Shown: one piece after another, positions 40,986 through 55,825 of the stretch | Layout of the letters: each line of letters begins with the position of its first letter | Position numbering within the stretch: position 1 is the first letter of the stretch | Assembly: GCF_009914755.1 (NCBI RefSeq) | Contig: NC_060946.1 | Source of the DNA: the human T2T-CHM13v2.0 reference genome, Homo sapiens | Strand: one strand, 5' to 3' | DNA: 64,000 bases | Notes under the pieces: generated by a model | Told to the model about the DNA's origin: nothing | The model's input: only the letters and a program-made list of their open reading frames with translations | The model's database searches: none | Made by a program: the position numbers and the translations under genes

Positions 40986-43085
40986 AGATATATCCAGAAA
41001 ATTGCAATAGGGATGTCGGAGGGGGATTGAAGAATCCCAACTCCAAGCCACATCTAAGGACGCTTCCAAGGTGCAGCCCCTGATGGAGGAAGCTGCTCCA
41101 TCTCTGTTGCTCCTGCCCCCCATGAGTTTCTAGACAGCCAATGTTCAAGTCAGTGTGGCATGAGAGTGAACTGCAGAATGGAAAGGAGTGAGACGCTGCA
41201 GCAGGAGAAGGAGCCCACCATCAAACTCCAAAGAGCTGGAGACCATTTGTGCGGTGGAGTCCGAGAAAGGTCGGCAAGGAAGGGGAAACATCATTTGGGT
41301 TCCTTGCCATAGTTGTCCTCAGCTGGCATGGTTTGCTCCAGCAGCAGGCTGGGATGCCAGCTGTGCCCAGGGCTGGATGAGCCACCCTCAAGTAAATGCT
41401 GGCCACTTCGTTGTGACGCCAAAAATTCAGAAATGACTTGGTATGACAAAGAAGAAGGAGGACTCAACGTGCATAGGAGATTGGAAGGTTAGATTGGATT
41501 TCTCAGGTCCTTCCTGCCCACACTGCATCCTGTGAGGGCCCAGGAGATTTCTCTTTCCTTTGGTGAGAAGAATCAATGGATAACCAGGAACTCTCTGGAA
41601 TGGGGGAGGGGCTGGGACCTTGGTATCTTTAGGGTGGGAGAAATTCCAAGAGGCCAACTCCTGCGGAGGCAGGTCATGGCCAGAAGAAAAGAGAGTGTGG
41701 GCACCAGGTCAGGCAGCAGGGAGTGCACATGATCACGGCTCAGGGAAATTCCACAGGCACACGGTCCCAAAATAGAGCCGGCGGAGAGTCCACTGACTTT
41801 GCACAACCACCAACTTGGTGGGCAGACACCTGTCACAGGTCATCATGCTGGATGGCCCCTGCTTGTCACCCAATTCTCAGGCCTGACTCATAGGACAGAC
41901 CCAGAGCCCTTGAAGGAAAGGGAGGTCAGGAGTCTGCGAAAGGCCCTGTCATTCCCCTTAAGTGCAGCCTGTAAGCGTTCCTCCTACCTGTTCTCCCTGG
42001 ACCTGGAGCGTCCTCTCAGATCACAGGGAACGGCTTAAAGGAAACTCATCCCCAGGACTTCTGGATCCTGGCTACACTGACACCAACTCCTGGGACCCAT
42101 AATAACTCAGAGTGCCACTGTGGCCTTCCGGTCAGAGGAGGAGATTACAGGGGGACAAGTAATCAGTGAATACCTGATTTCAGTTTAGCTTTCAGTGAGT
42201 CCATTAGGAACCTCCCCTCACCTGGTCATCATGTTTTCAGTTCCTGGGTGGATCACTGGAGTGCGTATTCTTGGAAGCTGCAGATTGTTAACCCAGACCT
42301 CCTGAACTAGGAAGAGGAGAATGGATGCTGTTCTCTCCCATGAAACAACTTTGTTCCATCCCTGGGCCCTAAATGCTGACATCTTTGATTGTAGAAAGCA
42401 GACATCTACCTCTAGTTTGCAAAAACTACATAGAGATGAATGACTAACAGCAGTGAAAAGACCATGAGGGCTGAATTCAGGTGCTTACAGTGAGTCATCA
42501 CTGTAAGAACAGGCCTCTCTCAAATTCTGCTGCACTTTCCGCCCAATCCACCTGCTCCAGCCAGACCTGGACTGCTGTGGAACAACTCTCAAGGATGATT
42601 CCTGAAGAGCAATGGAGCACACCTCACAGTCCAGGCTGCCTGGAAGGGGCGGCGTCCTCGGGCCAGGATCTGCATTGTTTCTTAGGTAACAGCTGAAGAT
42701 TTGGCTGGAAGTTCAGCCTGAGGCAAGCCCATGGGGATAAAGGCCATGGATAAAGGCCTCCCTCTCTCCTCCCTGGAGACAAAGATTCTGAGGACGCTTC
42801 TTGAAGGCACCTCGGAAGGTCTCATTGCCCATATGGATGACCCATTCAAAAACTTCTCCTTGTATCAACTTTTCCTCCTTCCCTCCTGGATCCTCAGTTC
42901 TGCTCCTAGAATCACTTCCCACACAAACCCTCTACACCAGAACGTTGCCCCTGGCTCTTCCTTCACAGGACCCCAGGCCACAACAGGCTACTTTAGGCAG
43001 CATCATGGCCTACATCTTTGTGCTAAGAGTAATGGGAAGCCATTGGAGGGTTGGAAGCAGGTGCTCAATCAAACCTATGTTCTTA

Positions 43086-43385
43086 GGTGGGCATGGTGGC
43101 TCATGCCTGCAATTGCAGTCCATTGGAAGGCCAGGGTGAACAGATCACCTGAGCTCAGGAGTTTGAGACCAGCCTGGGCAAGATAGGGAAACCCTGTCTC
43201 TACAAAAAAAAAAATACAAAAATTAACGAGGCATTGGGGTACACACGGATGGTCCCAATTGCTCAGGGAGTCAAGGTGGAAGGATAGTTTGAGGCTGGGA
43301 GGTCCAAGATGTGGTGAGCCATGATTGTGCCATGGTTTGCCAGCCTTGCAACAGAGTGAGAGTATCTGAAAAAAAAAAAGAAACT
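43086..43385 (+). mobile_element. AluJ
   Basis: Diverged Alu with A-tail; absent from the APOL4-side paralog (~6360). Confidence 0.8.
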
Positions 43386-44334
43386 ATATTGTTAAAGCCC
43401 AACCTGGCCCAGTGTGGAGCATGGTCCAGGACATGGGAGGGACAGGGGCAGGGGCACAGAGAAGACCATTCTGGAAGTTCTTGCAGGAGTCTGGGCAAAA
43501 CGTGAGGACAGACTGGATGGGAGTGTTTGCTGTCTGGATGTCTCTCTTTGTCCCTCTATTTTTCGCTGATCCTCTCCCAATCTGCACACAGGCCCCTCTG
43601 ACACTAGTTAGCCTCGAGTGTCCCGTGTCAATCCCGGGCTCTGACTCACAGATGGAAACCACACCTGTGCTCAGCCAGAGCCAGACATGTACCAGCTTTC
43701 CCCGAGTGCCCCAATGGGCTTGGGGTTTTGAGGTCTCAGGGAAATGACCAGCTGGGAAAGTGAGAGTCCAGTGAGCGAGCAGAAGGGGCCTTGAAACTTC
43801 GCTCCCTGAGACCCTGGAAGAAGGATCATGAGGAAGGTTAAGTCAGGCACCCAGAGCCCAGGGGAGCCTCCATCGGCACCACAAAGTCACAGCCATCAGT
43901 CAGTGCTGATTGACTCAAGTCTCCAGAACACAAGATGGGGAGAGCAAGGTGGACCTGAGATATCACCTTTTCCAGCCCCCTTCTACAGCTGATGAGGAAA
44001 CTGAGGCTCAGAGGGGTGAAGTCTCATGACCACAAGCAGGGTTGAACTCCTGGACACACCTCAAGCTTCCTTGACCTGTTCCTGGCATCTCCTTTCATTT
44101 TTCCTTTCTTCCCAAATTAACCTCTTTCCAACACAGCACTTCAAGTTCCCCTGGAACTTCATCGGTCCATCGGTGTCCCCTGGTCTGGAAGAGCACCGAC
44201 CACTTGCCAAGGCCCCCACCACTCTGCTGCCATCACAACCACCGTCACCACCATTACGAGAAAAACTTGAGACTGATGGCCCCCAAAGCTTAGAAGGAGC
44301 TGAGAGACCAAAGAATGACTCGAACAAGTCCAGC

Positions 44335-45524
<1,190 letters not shown>

Positions 45525-46401
45525 TCATTGGTCTTGGCCTGGCTGCAGCATCTCATGGATCTTGGTGAGAAAGTTGAGCTTCCCCTCCAGCTCCTGAGCC
45601 CGCTTCTTCAGCTCCTCAGCTGACTCTGACTTTGCCCCCTCAAGCAAGTGCTTTGACTCATATGCAAGGCTGACCACATCCAGCAGAAGCAAGATGCCTC
45701 CAGTGGCTGCACCCACGATCATGGTTCCTCTGCTCATTGCCTGGGCGGGGCCTTCAACAACCCTCTCAACCTGTTCACCGCCTTCAGCTGAGATTCGCCC
45801 AATGACATGCGGGGGTGGGGCATACGCTCCTAACTGAGGGTTGGCTCTGGCTCGTCTGATGGCACGGATGTTCCTCCCAATCCCTTGTGTGACTTGGTAC
45901 CAATTGTCAACTAAGGTAAGAACATTGGGTGTGTTCCCACCCACAAACTCCTTCATCACCTTTGCTACATTGGTGCCGCTTTGGTCCAAGTTGCGGGCTT
46001 GGGCTCGTGCCCGCAATTTGTTTACTAGTTCTACCACACTGCAGGTAATCCCAGCCACAGCAGCTGCTGCTCCCAGACCCATGCCAGTGTCCAAGAGCAC
46101 AAAACTGATTCCTTCTGTGAAGGGTGCCAGACCCAGGCCGAGGAGGGTCAGGATGCCAGAGGTAGTGCCAACAGAGTTGGACACCACATTGGCAATGGTG
46201 GTGCCTCTGTGGACCTGCTCAACCTCCTCTGCAAGGGCACGGAGCTTCCTTATGTGATCCTCAAGCTCCCTTTTCAACCGAGGAAACTCTTTCAAAAACC
46301 ACTGCCTGTGCTGCTGGTCTTTATCGTGGCGGTTTTTGTCCTTCATGACCATGTGACTTGCAAGCTTGTTCAGAGCTTTACGGAGCTCATCTGCCTCATC
46401 C
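45525..46401 (-). CDS. APOL2: APOL2 terminal coding exon (R|[20 protein letters not shown]...MLQPGQDQ*)
   Basis: Acceptor TGCAG|G at 46402-46404; ApoL domain; 10+127+877=1014 nt = 337 aa, matching APOL2. Confidence 0.97.
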
Positions 46402-49400
46402 CTGCACAAGGAAAGGTTAAAGGATTAAGAAATGCAGTTTCCCTATCTGTGAAATGAGCTCCATGCGATCTCTATCCTGTGTAAATTGCAGAGCTTTCAC
46501 TATCAATCAAATAGAAACAAATTTTACAAATGGAATTAATTATCTTTCAAACTCAAACACATTTTGTTCATCATAGATATTCCTCAGTACTTATTCCATA
46601 TGGAAATAAATATCTTAAAGGCACCTCAGATGCTCTTTCATGGTAGGTGTTTGATAAAGATGCCTCCTCACTCAAGGGCAGGTCAACACCGTGACTGCCA
46701 AAGTGTTTGGAGAGGGAAAACTCTGCAGATGAACAAAGAGCAGTGAGAGTGAGACAAAGAGACCTTATTACCAGGATGGCAGGAAAGTGAAGCATGAACT
46801 TTACCCAAAGAGAGGCCTTCCCTTTGTCCTCAGCTCCTGGGAAGTGATCTCCAGGCCCCTGGAATGTCCTGCCTGGTAGGAACATCTTTCTTTGCCTGGT
46901 GATTTGGCCACGGGACAGTATAGCGATGTGATGGATGATAGGGTTTGGGGCTATTTGGTGTCTTTCCTGACTTCCAGAGGACTTGGGGACTAAAGGTGTG
47001 AGATCTCAGGGAAGGGCTGGAGACTCTAGCCATGAGGGCAGCTTGTGATCCAGCCCCAGCAGATACTCTGGACACTAAGGCATGGGTTGAGAAAGAAGGA
47101 CTTTCTCCTTGACCAACTCCAGCTGGGCTCTTCAGAGCTTCTTCTCCACTAGGCGCCGACCTTGGCCTTCCACACTCACCCACTGCTTTCTGGACTTGCA
47201 CCACCTTGGCTCAGCAAGAATCTCCCCAAATCAGTTTAGGGAGGGTCCTCCCCGCTTGCTGTCTGAGCACCGTTTGTTATCTGATCATGCTCCTCACCCC
47301 CACCACTGGTGGTTGAGGGTCTGACCTGCCTTTGGCGAGAATCCTGTTAGGCCAGTTTAGCAGGAACCCCCCACTCTGGCGTCTCCTGTCAGTCCTGTTC
47401 CATCTCCCGCCCCCACCCTGGTGTTGGCTGTGACTCCCCCTCTGTCTTTACTATATTTGGAGCTGGGCTCAGTCTCCCTCCCCTGTAACAACAATCCTGA
47501 ATAAGGCTTCATTTCTGGTTTAATGTGATTCACAGGAATTTTTCCTTAACTGGGTGAGCTTCCCTGGTTGGCAACACCGCATGTGTTTTGTCCCACATTC
47601 ACACAGGAGAACACAGCCTCCTGAGGACAATGAAGATTCACACCTGAAATCCTCCCAGACTCTGCCCTGTGTGTCTCTTCCTTAGGCTGATTTTAATCTG
47701 TGTTCTTTCCCTGTGATAAACCACAATCGTGCAATAGCAGTTTTCAGTGAGTTACGTGAGTCCTTCTAGTGAATTATAAAATCTAAGGATGATTTTAGGA
47801 ATCCCCATAGATTTGCAGGTGGTGTCAAAGGTAAGGGTGCCCTCAGACATTGCAGTCTGGCTATCTCTGAGTACTTTGAATTCAAACAAAAACAAAACCT
47901 CAGAAAGACAGGAGATCACTTTGCCTGGCATCTGCTCCCTTCCAATGCCTCATGCCCTTTCACCTGGCTGAAGGCTACTGGGTCTGGCCACTGCCCCAGC
48001 TGACTGGAGTGGGAGATCTGGCTATTCATTCTGGCTCCACATGGACGCTCCAGCCACCTTACTGCCTCCTGACCTACCACCTGCACCCCCAACCTTCCAG
48101 GTCTCACTCGCAGGTGTCACCAGCCTAACTGATGCCTTAGCAGTGACAGCTTCACCTGTGTGCACAGCAAGGCCATGTGCAATTTTATGGAACCACTAGA
48201 AGACTCAAGACACTTTCAGAACCATCTATATAAATTGCTAATGCTGAAAAGACCTGAATTTGGTCAAGATGGTAGAGGAAGTGTTTTCCTCCTCGGTTGG
48301 GACTTTGTGAGTCTGCTCAGTACCCCTGAAATTACACAAATTGGCAGCAATTCATTCTACTTTGGAAATGGTCACTAAGGCATGCCATGGTAAGGAGCTT
48401 CTCTGTGTAGAAGAGAAGAAGGTCTGAAAGGGTAGTCCAGAACTCACCAGTTCCAAGGCATGGGGTGAGAGACACAGGCTACCATGACCCTGTATGCCCA
48501 TGAGTGTTGGGATCATCCAGACAGGGAAGAAATATCCCTCTCCCACTCACATGTCCTCTGCAAGTTCATGACCTCCTTAAGTTTCAAGCCCTTGGTGCCT
48601 CTCTTTCCACACCCTAGTCCCAGCCCTTGTGCCCCAGCCTTCCTGCTTGTCCTACCAAACCAAGGCTGACTCTTACTCCATCCTGACTCCAGGCTCTGAC
48701 ACTGGTCCCGGTCTCTCTGGGCCTTTGAGCAGGATCTTAGTCCTTGGTTCCCCACCTTTGACCTGGAGTTGCCTCTAAGGCCTTCACCACACTCCTATGA
48801 CATTGAATTGCTATTCCTATTGGACAGAAGACAGTTCCAAGTCTCCATGACATAAGCCCAGAGCCCAGGAACTAGGCCTCTCAGGATCCTGGACCAGCAG
48901 AAGGGTCCTGCTGTGTTTGTGGAATTCTTCAGATGAGAAAAAAGGCCCCAGCCAGCATCCCCAGGAACACATATTGTTTAGGTTAGGATTTTTCTGACTT
49001 TTCCCAAAGGAAGTCCTGCTGGGCTCCCGTCTTCAAGAAGAAGATCCTTAACCCTGGTCTCTTTCCACCAAGCTTGTAAGATGTTAACGTTAACTGTGCA
49101 CCTACTATGTGTCAGTCATTATGCTAAGCACTTTACATGCATGATCTCATTTTTCTCATAATAAAACTCCATTGATGAAGAAAGGCTGAAAGTGAGAAAG
49201 TAACTGGCAAAGTTCCCATCACCAGCAGATGGCAGAAATGACCCTGTTCCTGTGGGCTTCCTATCCCCTCAGCCTGAGGCTACTCACTGCCAGCGAAGGA
49301 CATGGAGGAAATATTCCTCCTGGAGTGCCGAGAAGGTCATCCTCAAGCCCAGCAGAGGGGGCTGCCTGGAGGAGGTGTGCCTGTCAGGGACAACCAGCCC

Positions 49401-49459
49401 AGGGGAGATCTGAGTGGCATCGCTGGGGCGCCCCATGGAGTTAACCCCATGGAGCTTAC

Positions 49460-49586
49460 CTGGGCAGTTCAGCAGCAGCCACGAATCCATTCCAGGCTTC
49501 ATCATCAGTCAGCAGTTGTAGCAGATTCTCTCTGCTCACTTGGTCCTGGAAATACTTAAGGTAATCCTCAATAAAGATACTGCTCT
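49460..49586 (-). CDS. APOL2: APOL2 127-bp coding exon ([43 protein letters not shown])
   Basis: Acceptor CAACTAG|, donor CAG|GTAAGC; visible in ORF 49456..49650. Confidence 0.95.
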
Positions 49587-51272
49587 CTAGTTGGAAAGAA
49601 GAAAGGATAAGGTTGGAGGATAGTGTAGGGGAGCATAACAGCCATTGCACATTAGGTGGTTACATGTTAATTTTTCCTGGACAACTGTGATGTGGGACAT
49701 GTTTGATGGAGTCATCAGTGCTATAGAGGGATTGTGTGCCCCCAAAATTCATATGCTGAAGCCCTAAACTCGAGTGACTATATTTGAAGATTGGGCCTTT
49801 AAGGAAGCAATTAAGACTGAATGAGATCACAAGGGTAGGGCTCTAATCCTACTAGAGGGCTAGTGTCCTATTGTAAGAAGAGAAAGAGAAACAATAAGGC
49901 CAGGTAAGCACACAGCGCAAAGGCAGCTGCCGCAAGCCAGCAAGAGAGTCCTCCCAAGGCTCCAACCCCTTAATTTAATAAACCATCAAAGACAGAAACC
50001 CCAAACCCCACTGGGCCCAACTGGCTCTTCTGAGTCCACCTGCACTTCCATCCCTGAGCCTGTGCTTCTGCTTTGCAGCTGATTTGTTTTTTCTTTGACT
50101 CAAATTTTTTCTCTCAGTGGAGTCAAAAACCTGGACAAGGCTAAGGTCTGGTCTCTCCTGGATTCGGAGAACTTCCTAAACCCACCAGCACCAATGTGAC
50201 CAGGAATTTTCCAAAAAGGTAAATCAAAACAGGCAGTTTTGTAACTGCAACCAATCAAATAATGTCCTTATTGCAGTTTCATATTTACTCGATAAATACT
50301 TGTCTCTGACACTTTTTCATCATAACATGAAGCCTCTTCCAGTTTGGTTTTCTCAATTCATGAATTCCTTCTTATTCAAATAAATGTTACTGTGCCTCAG
50401 ATTTTTCTTTGACAAGGGGTATCTGAGATCATGGGAATGAGGCCCTGCCTGAGGCAGTCATCCCTGGTCAGCAGGTGCTTGTGATGGGCAGTGCAGGGCG
50501 GGTGCCCTAACACAGATGAGGGGACTGGGTGGCTTCCACCTGGAATCAACAGGGGATAGATAGAGGAGATAGAGGGGATGCAAACTAATTCTTAGGGAGG
50601 CCCTACTGTGTGGCAGGCTTTGGCCAGGCCAGGTACCCTTATAATATTTGATCTTCGTGACAACATGGGGAAATATTATTTTCATGGTACACGAGAGGGG
50701 AGGTAAGGAGCTCCAGGTCACACAGAAGGGACTTGGAAAAGGCCAGACCGGGGTCCATTTAAGTTGGAAGCTGGGTCAAGCATGATACATTCCCATAGGG
50801 CCACTCAGAACAGAGGGGCTGGTGCAGGGCAAGAGCTGGAGGGAGGGGACCGGCCTGTGCTGGAAAAAACCCTGGGTCAGCAGGGAGAAGAGCGGTAGAT
50901 AAGAGATCAGGGCTGCAGGTCAACCTCCTCTCCCACCCCTCCCCTCCTCCTGGACCCTGCTCTTCCCCCACTCCCCTCTCCTGCTTGTTCCACTTCCTCA
51001 TGGCTGTCCTGCCCCACTTGAGTCATCTGCTGGGTGACAGGGTAGGGAGGAAGTGGGCACCTGGGCCGTGTCACCCCGAGGAGAGGTCAGGATGCAGATG
51101 ACCCCCAGACCCCTGGGTCGGGGGACTCCACGTGACCTCTTCTGCTGCTCGGGGCAGACTCATTGGCCTCCTAGTCCATCTGGGTTCTTCTGGGGCTCAC
51201 TCAGCTGTGGAGGTGCCACCCTCCATTCTAGGTGCGAGTAGGAACTAGCCAGGAAAGAGGAAGCGAGCCTAC

Positions 51273-51282
51273 CTGGGTTCAT
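51273..51282 (-). CDS. APOL2: APOL2 start codon exon, coding part (MNP; whole exon 51273-51361, 89 bp)
   Basis: Kozak-like CACCATGA, donor CAG|GTAGGC, acceptor TCAAG| at 51362. Confidence 0.9.
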
Positions 51283-51521
51283 GGTGCCAGCGGCTGGGTT
51301 ACCGAGGGGCTTTCCTTGGAGCTCTCCAGTCACTGTCCAGACTGGAAGGTTTTCCTTAACCCTTGAGAACGAGAAAACAAATTGTGGGATCGAAGGTGAG
51401 CCTCCTGTGTACAGAGGGAGGCTGGAGGGGCTGGGTCTTTGCAGATCCCTCTGTGGTAGCAGCAAATGTCCAGAGTGTTTATCTCCTGGGGCCCTGCCAG
51501 CTAGTATTTACAGAAACTCAC

Positions 51522-51575
51522 CTCGTTCCAGCTTCCTCTTCCCTCACTCTCACACCAAGGCAGGGTCCTCTTGTC
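51522..51575 (-). other. APOL2: APOL2 54-bp 5' UTR exon (homolog of the second APOL1 signal-peptide exon)
   Basis: Acceptor CTACAG| and donor GAG|GTGAGT both intact. Confidence 0.8.
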
Positions 51576-53859
51576 CTGTAGGGGTATGAGAAGAAGATAA
51601 TCAGAGGAGGGGCAGCCATCTGATCATTACAGAAACTACAGAGTCTATACACAGGAATAGAGATGGGAGGGAACATTCTGACAATGACCTGGGCCTGGGA
51701 ACATGTATGATAACTAGTTGATGATAGCCAGTGTGTATTGTGTGTCTGTGATGTGCATGGCCTCTGACATGTATCTCATTCGATGATCACACACAGGACA
51801 GGAGATGGGTACCACTTTCCCATTTGAACACAGAGGAATCCACAAAAGTTAGGGAACTTATGGGTGTTTTCACAATAGTGCTAGAGCCAGGACTTCTGCT
51901 TCAATCCCATGTCTTCAATTACTGTGCTCTACTCCCTTAAATATACAATATTGAGTCATGTATACACGCTCATGGTAAATGACTCCTCATTGCAAATCCC
52001 TGTCTCACACTCTGTGCTCAACTCTTCGTCTTGGTGAACTCACTGGTGCTGCAGTGGACAGCCTGTGTCCCCGTTGCTTCTCTAAGATTCTTTGTCCCAC
52101 AAAGACCTGGATCCTGCTAGATGCCGGCCTAGCCCCTGCTGTGGCTGCCGAGCCCTCCTGATGCTTCCCCGTCCCCTCTGCTGTCCTCCCCTAGCTGATG
52201 GACCTTAGGGTGTTTCTAATTCTTCATATAAATTATGCTACAAAGAATATCCTCCCTCACGTAAAACTGCTCACATTTGAGATTATTTCCTTAAGATACT
52301 TTTAAGAGTAGAATGACTAGGTCAAAAGCTATTAACATCTCAAAAGTTTTTATACCTAGAGCCACTCTGTATGAAAACTGTACAAATTCACACTCAAACT
52401 AACAGGATATGAAGATGTCCATTCTTTCAGTCTTACTGGCTCTCAGTAGTCTTTTCTTCAGGAAAACAAAACAAAACAAAACATTATTCCTTGAGACAAG
52501 GTCTCACTCCTAGTATGCAGCCCAGGCTGCTGGCAAAATCCTGGCCTTAGGGGATCCTCCCACCCTGCCCTCTAAAGTGCTGGATTACAAACATGAGCCA
52601 CGACACCCGGCCTGAATAAATGCTGATCTTTATATAGAGGAAAGTTCTTCACATTCTGCTCCTGATTATCTTACCCTGGGAGGTGAGGGAAAATAGCAAA
52701 TGTTAATCATATTAATCATCTTTAGGCACTGTTTTAAGAAGACAGAAGAGCATTTATCAACCTCCCCTCCTGAGATCAAACTACAGCCATAGTCAAGGCA
52801 CTTACAGGTATAATGGCACTTAATGTTAATGTGGGCAAACATTGGTGGATTTTGCACCACTAATTGCTCTAAGATGTTATAAATAGTAACTCACAGAACT
52901 CTTCCAAGAACCTAGGAAGTGTGTACCATTGGTATTTCCATTTTCAGGTAAGAAAACTGAAACAGATGTTCAGTGACTTGCCCAAGCTCAGAATCTACTA
53001 CGTGGTAAAGACTGGGTTCCCACCCAGACAGACGGACTCAAGAACTCACGCACTGCCTCTGCACCCTCTGCTGCCAATGAAAATTTAAATGAGGGCAACA
53101 GGAGATCAGAGATGCCAAGAGATGTTGGAAAACAGAACTGGCTGAAGAAATGACAACTGAATAAAGAGGGGTGAAGGGAGCTGTGAACCACAGCAATGCC
53201 AAGAGGGCATCCAGCCAGGCAGAGTGGTCTACTAGGCAGAGCCTCAGAGAGGGGAGGAGTTCACCAGACCCACGTGCCATATGGGATTCATGCCAGCCTT
53301 GAGTCTACACCAGTGAAAAAAATCAGAGAGTTCATGACTGAAGCAATATGCCCCAGAAATAATATCTTTGTATTCTGACACTTCAGTGGGTTCCCATTCA
53401 ATCACCCTACAGGGAAGACTGCCAGTAGACCTGCCCCCCACCCCGTTCAATATGAATAGATCTAGGATCAGAAATTGGAGAAAGGTGAAAGTGGGGAAAC
53501 AGACCAAGATGACCAAATACAAAAGGAGTCCAGAACAAACAAGTAATTTTTTAAATCTCAAACCCATGTCCTCAGGGAGATTAAAAAATATTTTATTCAT
53601 AAACTTAAAACAAGATATATAGAAAAGAAGAAAAATCAATGAAACAAACAAAAAAAGAGATTTTCTAGAAACTAAAAGGTGATGATCAAATAAACAAGTC
53701 TAGAGAGACCATGTGAAAGAAAGTCACGGAAATCCTCCAGAAAATAAACCAAAAAGATGACAGAAGAAAAGGAGCTATATGGGGAATAGAAAAGTTACCA
53801 GGCACAGGGTCACAGGGTGTTCTAAGAAAGCTACTTGAGAATGAGCCACCGGGAGGAAG

Positions 53860-53865
<6 letters not shown>

Positions 53866-53904
<39 letters not shown>
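53866..53904 (+). repeat. (TG)n microsatellite, APOL2 intron
   Basis: Seen directly in the sequence. Confidence 0.95.
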
Positions 53905-53910
<6 letters not shown>

Positions 53911-55416
53911 TGTGCATCCATGGAGGGCAGGTGGGGATAACCAAGAAAGAAAAAGACATGGGATCCAGAAAACAGGAAAATCAACCCAGAGAGAAGGGAA
54001 TCTGAGGATCACAGTGGGACAGGCAGTAGGCCTACAAAACGACCAGTCCAGGATGGAATAAAAAGGGAATGGTTCTGTGGGAAAAAGGGACTCAATAGAA
54101 TACCTCAAAGGATTCACAGTTTGAGAGAAACTGAGGAAATGAAGAAGGCAAGCAGTACAAGGGAGAAAAAAAAACAAAGGCAATTAGAAACATCAGGAAA
54201 AAGTAAAGCTGTGCCACAAAACATGTGCAAACATGGTGTACAACTCAGCTCCACAGTAAATAGTATTTAAAACATCACAAAATGTAAACACTCTTGATTG
54301 ATTTTTAACTTTGAGAACAGAACAGAGCATATAAATATGAGAACTAAATATACTTGTTACCGATTAGTACAAACTTAAAGCACAAAGGTAGCAGTTGGGA
54401 TGTGAAGCACTGAACGAAGGAGAAGGAGGATTAATATTGTCATCTTTTAAAGAGGGGAGTCAAGAAATACTAGGTAAAACTGAGAGTATAAGAAAGAAAG
54501 TTGTAAGTAAATTGTTTACAGCTACAAAGTTGCTAATGGAGGACATAAAACTGGTGATACAATATTAGGAAAAGGTGGAGAGGAGAGATAGAGGGAGTGT
54601 ACAAACAAGATGAAAATGACTAATAATGACACTATAAGTAATAATGATAATACCGATTCAGGCCCATCCCAGTTAGGGGCGGCTCCAAAATCACCATTGT
54701 TCTTTTCTCACCTTGTGTCTCTGCGCACTCCCCGGCACACCCACTTCCAGCAGCTGGTCTTTGTTTGCAGACTTTATTTTAACAGCTCAGTGGTTCCCGG
54801 GCATCCTCCAGCTCTTATACAAAAGCCCCCTCCTCAAAAGCCACTCGCCTCCCTCTTTCCACTTCCCACCTCTGTTTCAGGGTCGAGGCATCCAGATATC
54901 TGTCTTCTGGGGCCCCTACGCAGCAAGACTAAAAGGGGGACCCAGTCCTGGGCAGCAGTTCACCAGGGGAGTATGCAGAGGGGCATCTGGACACTTCTTG
55001 CTGTAAGGGACGGGGTGACGGGAGGGGGTCTTCCCTTCCCCTTCTTCCTGCTTTGTTCACTCTGTGACACCCTAGGCCAGGGGAGCTGTCTCAATGCCAT
55101 CTCATGAGCCATGAGAACCAGGAGGACCAGGAGGGAGAAGAGGAGCAGGAGGGCAGACAGAGCTGGGGCCTCGGACCTGCCCAATACTTGTGAGGAGCTG
55201 CATCCAGGATCCCATCCTCCTGGGTCATTGTTGGCCTGGCTCCCACCTTTGTCTGGAGCCTCTGCTGGGGGTTGAGGCTGGATACTGCCCCTCAGGCTTG
55301 ACTAGGACACAGTGTGTACTCCATGGGTGAGCCTGCAGGCTGGTCAATTCCGGTGTCCAACTGAGCGACCTGGAAGAGGAGCCCTCCCTCCCACCTCAGC
55401 TCTGAGCCAAGCTCTC

Positions 55417-55479
55417 CAGATGCAGAGGACAGGGACTCTCAGCAAAGCATCTCCCTCCAAGTGGTTGTGGGGCATCCTC
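55417..55479 (-). pseudogene. Dead 63-bp start/signal pseudo-exon in APOL2 (ATG>TTG, donor GT>GA)
   Basis: Aligns with APOL4 20159-20221; reads TTG GAG GGA GAT GCT TTG CTG AGA GTC CCT GTC CTC TGC ATC TG|GAGAGC. Confidence 0.75.
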
Positions 55480-55529
55480 CTTGGGCAGGGAAAGAGTAGT
55501 CGAAATGATTTCCTGAGAAATAGTCATTT

Positions 55530-55825
55530 TCATTTTATTTTTGAGAAACTGTCTTGCTCTGTCACCCAGTCTGGAGTGCTTTGGGGCTATCACAGCTTGC
55601 TGTAGCCTAGAGCCCCTGGGCTCAAGTGATCCTCCTGCCTCAGCCTTCCAGGTAGCTGGGACTACAGGCACACGGCACCATGCAGGACTAATTTGTTAAT
55701 TTTTCATTTCAGAGAGACAGCATCTCCTGTGTTGCCCAAGCTGTCTTGAGCTCCTAGCATCATGTGATTCTCCCGCCTCTGCCTCCCACAGCACTGAATT
55801 ACAGGCCTCAGCCGTGGCACTGCAC
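55530..55825 (-). mobile_element. AluJ (paralog of 20285-20560)
   Basis: Same position and diagnostics as the APOL4 copy. Confidence 0.8.

Noticed and set aside
45841-46257. 138-aa plus-strand ORF
   Set aside because: Antisense shadow of the APOL2 terminal exon.
46402-46409. 'MC' start of the 294-aa ORF, and the GTG 'start' at 10039
   Set aside because: Artefacts of unspliced ORF calling; the true exons begin at acceptors 46401 and 10088.
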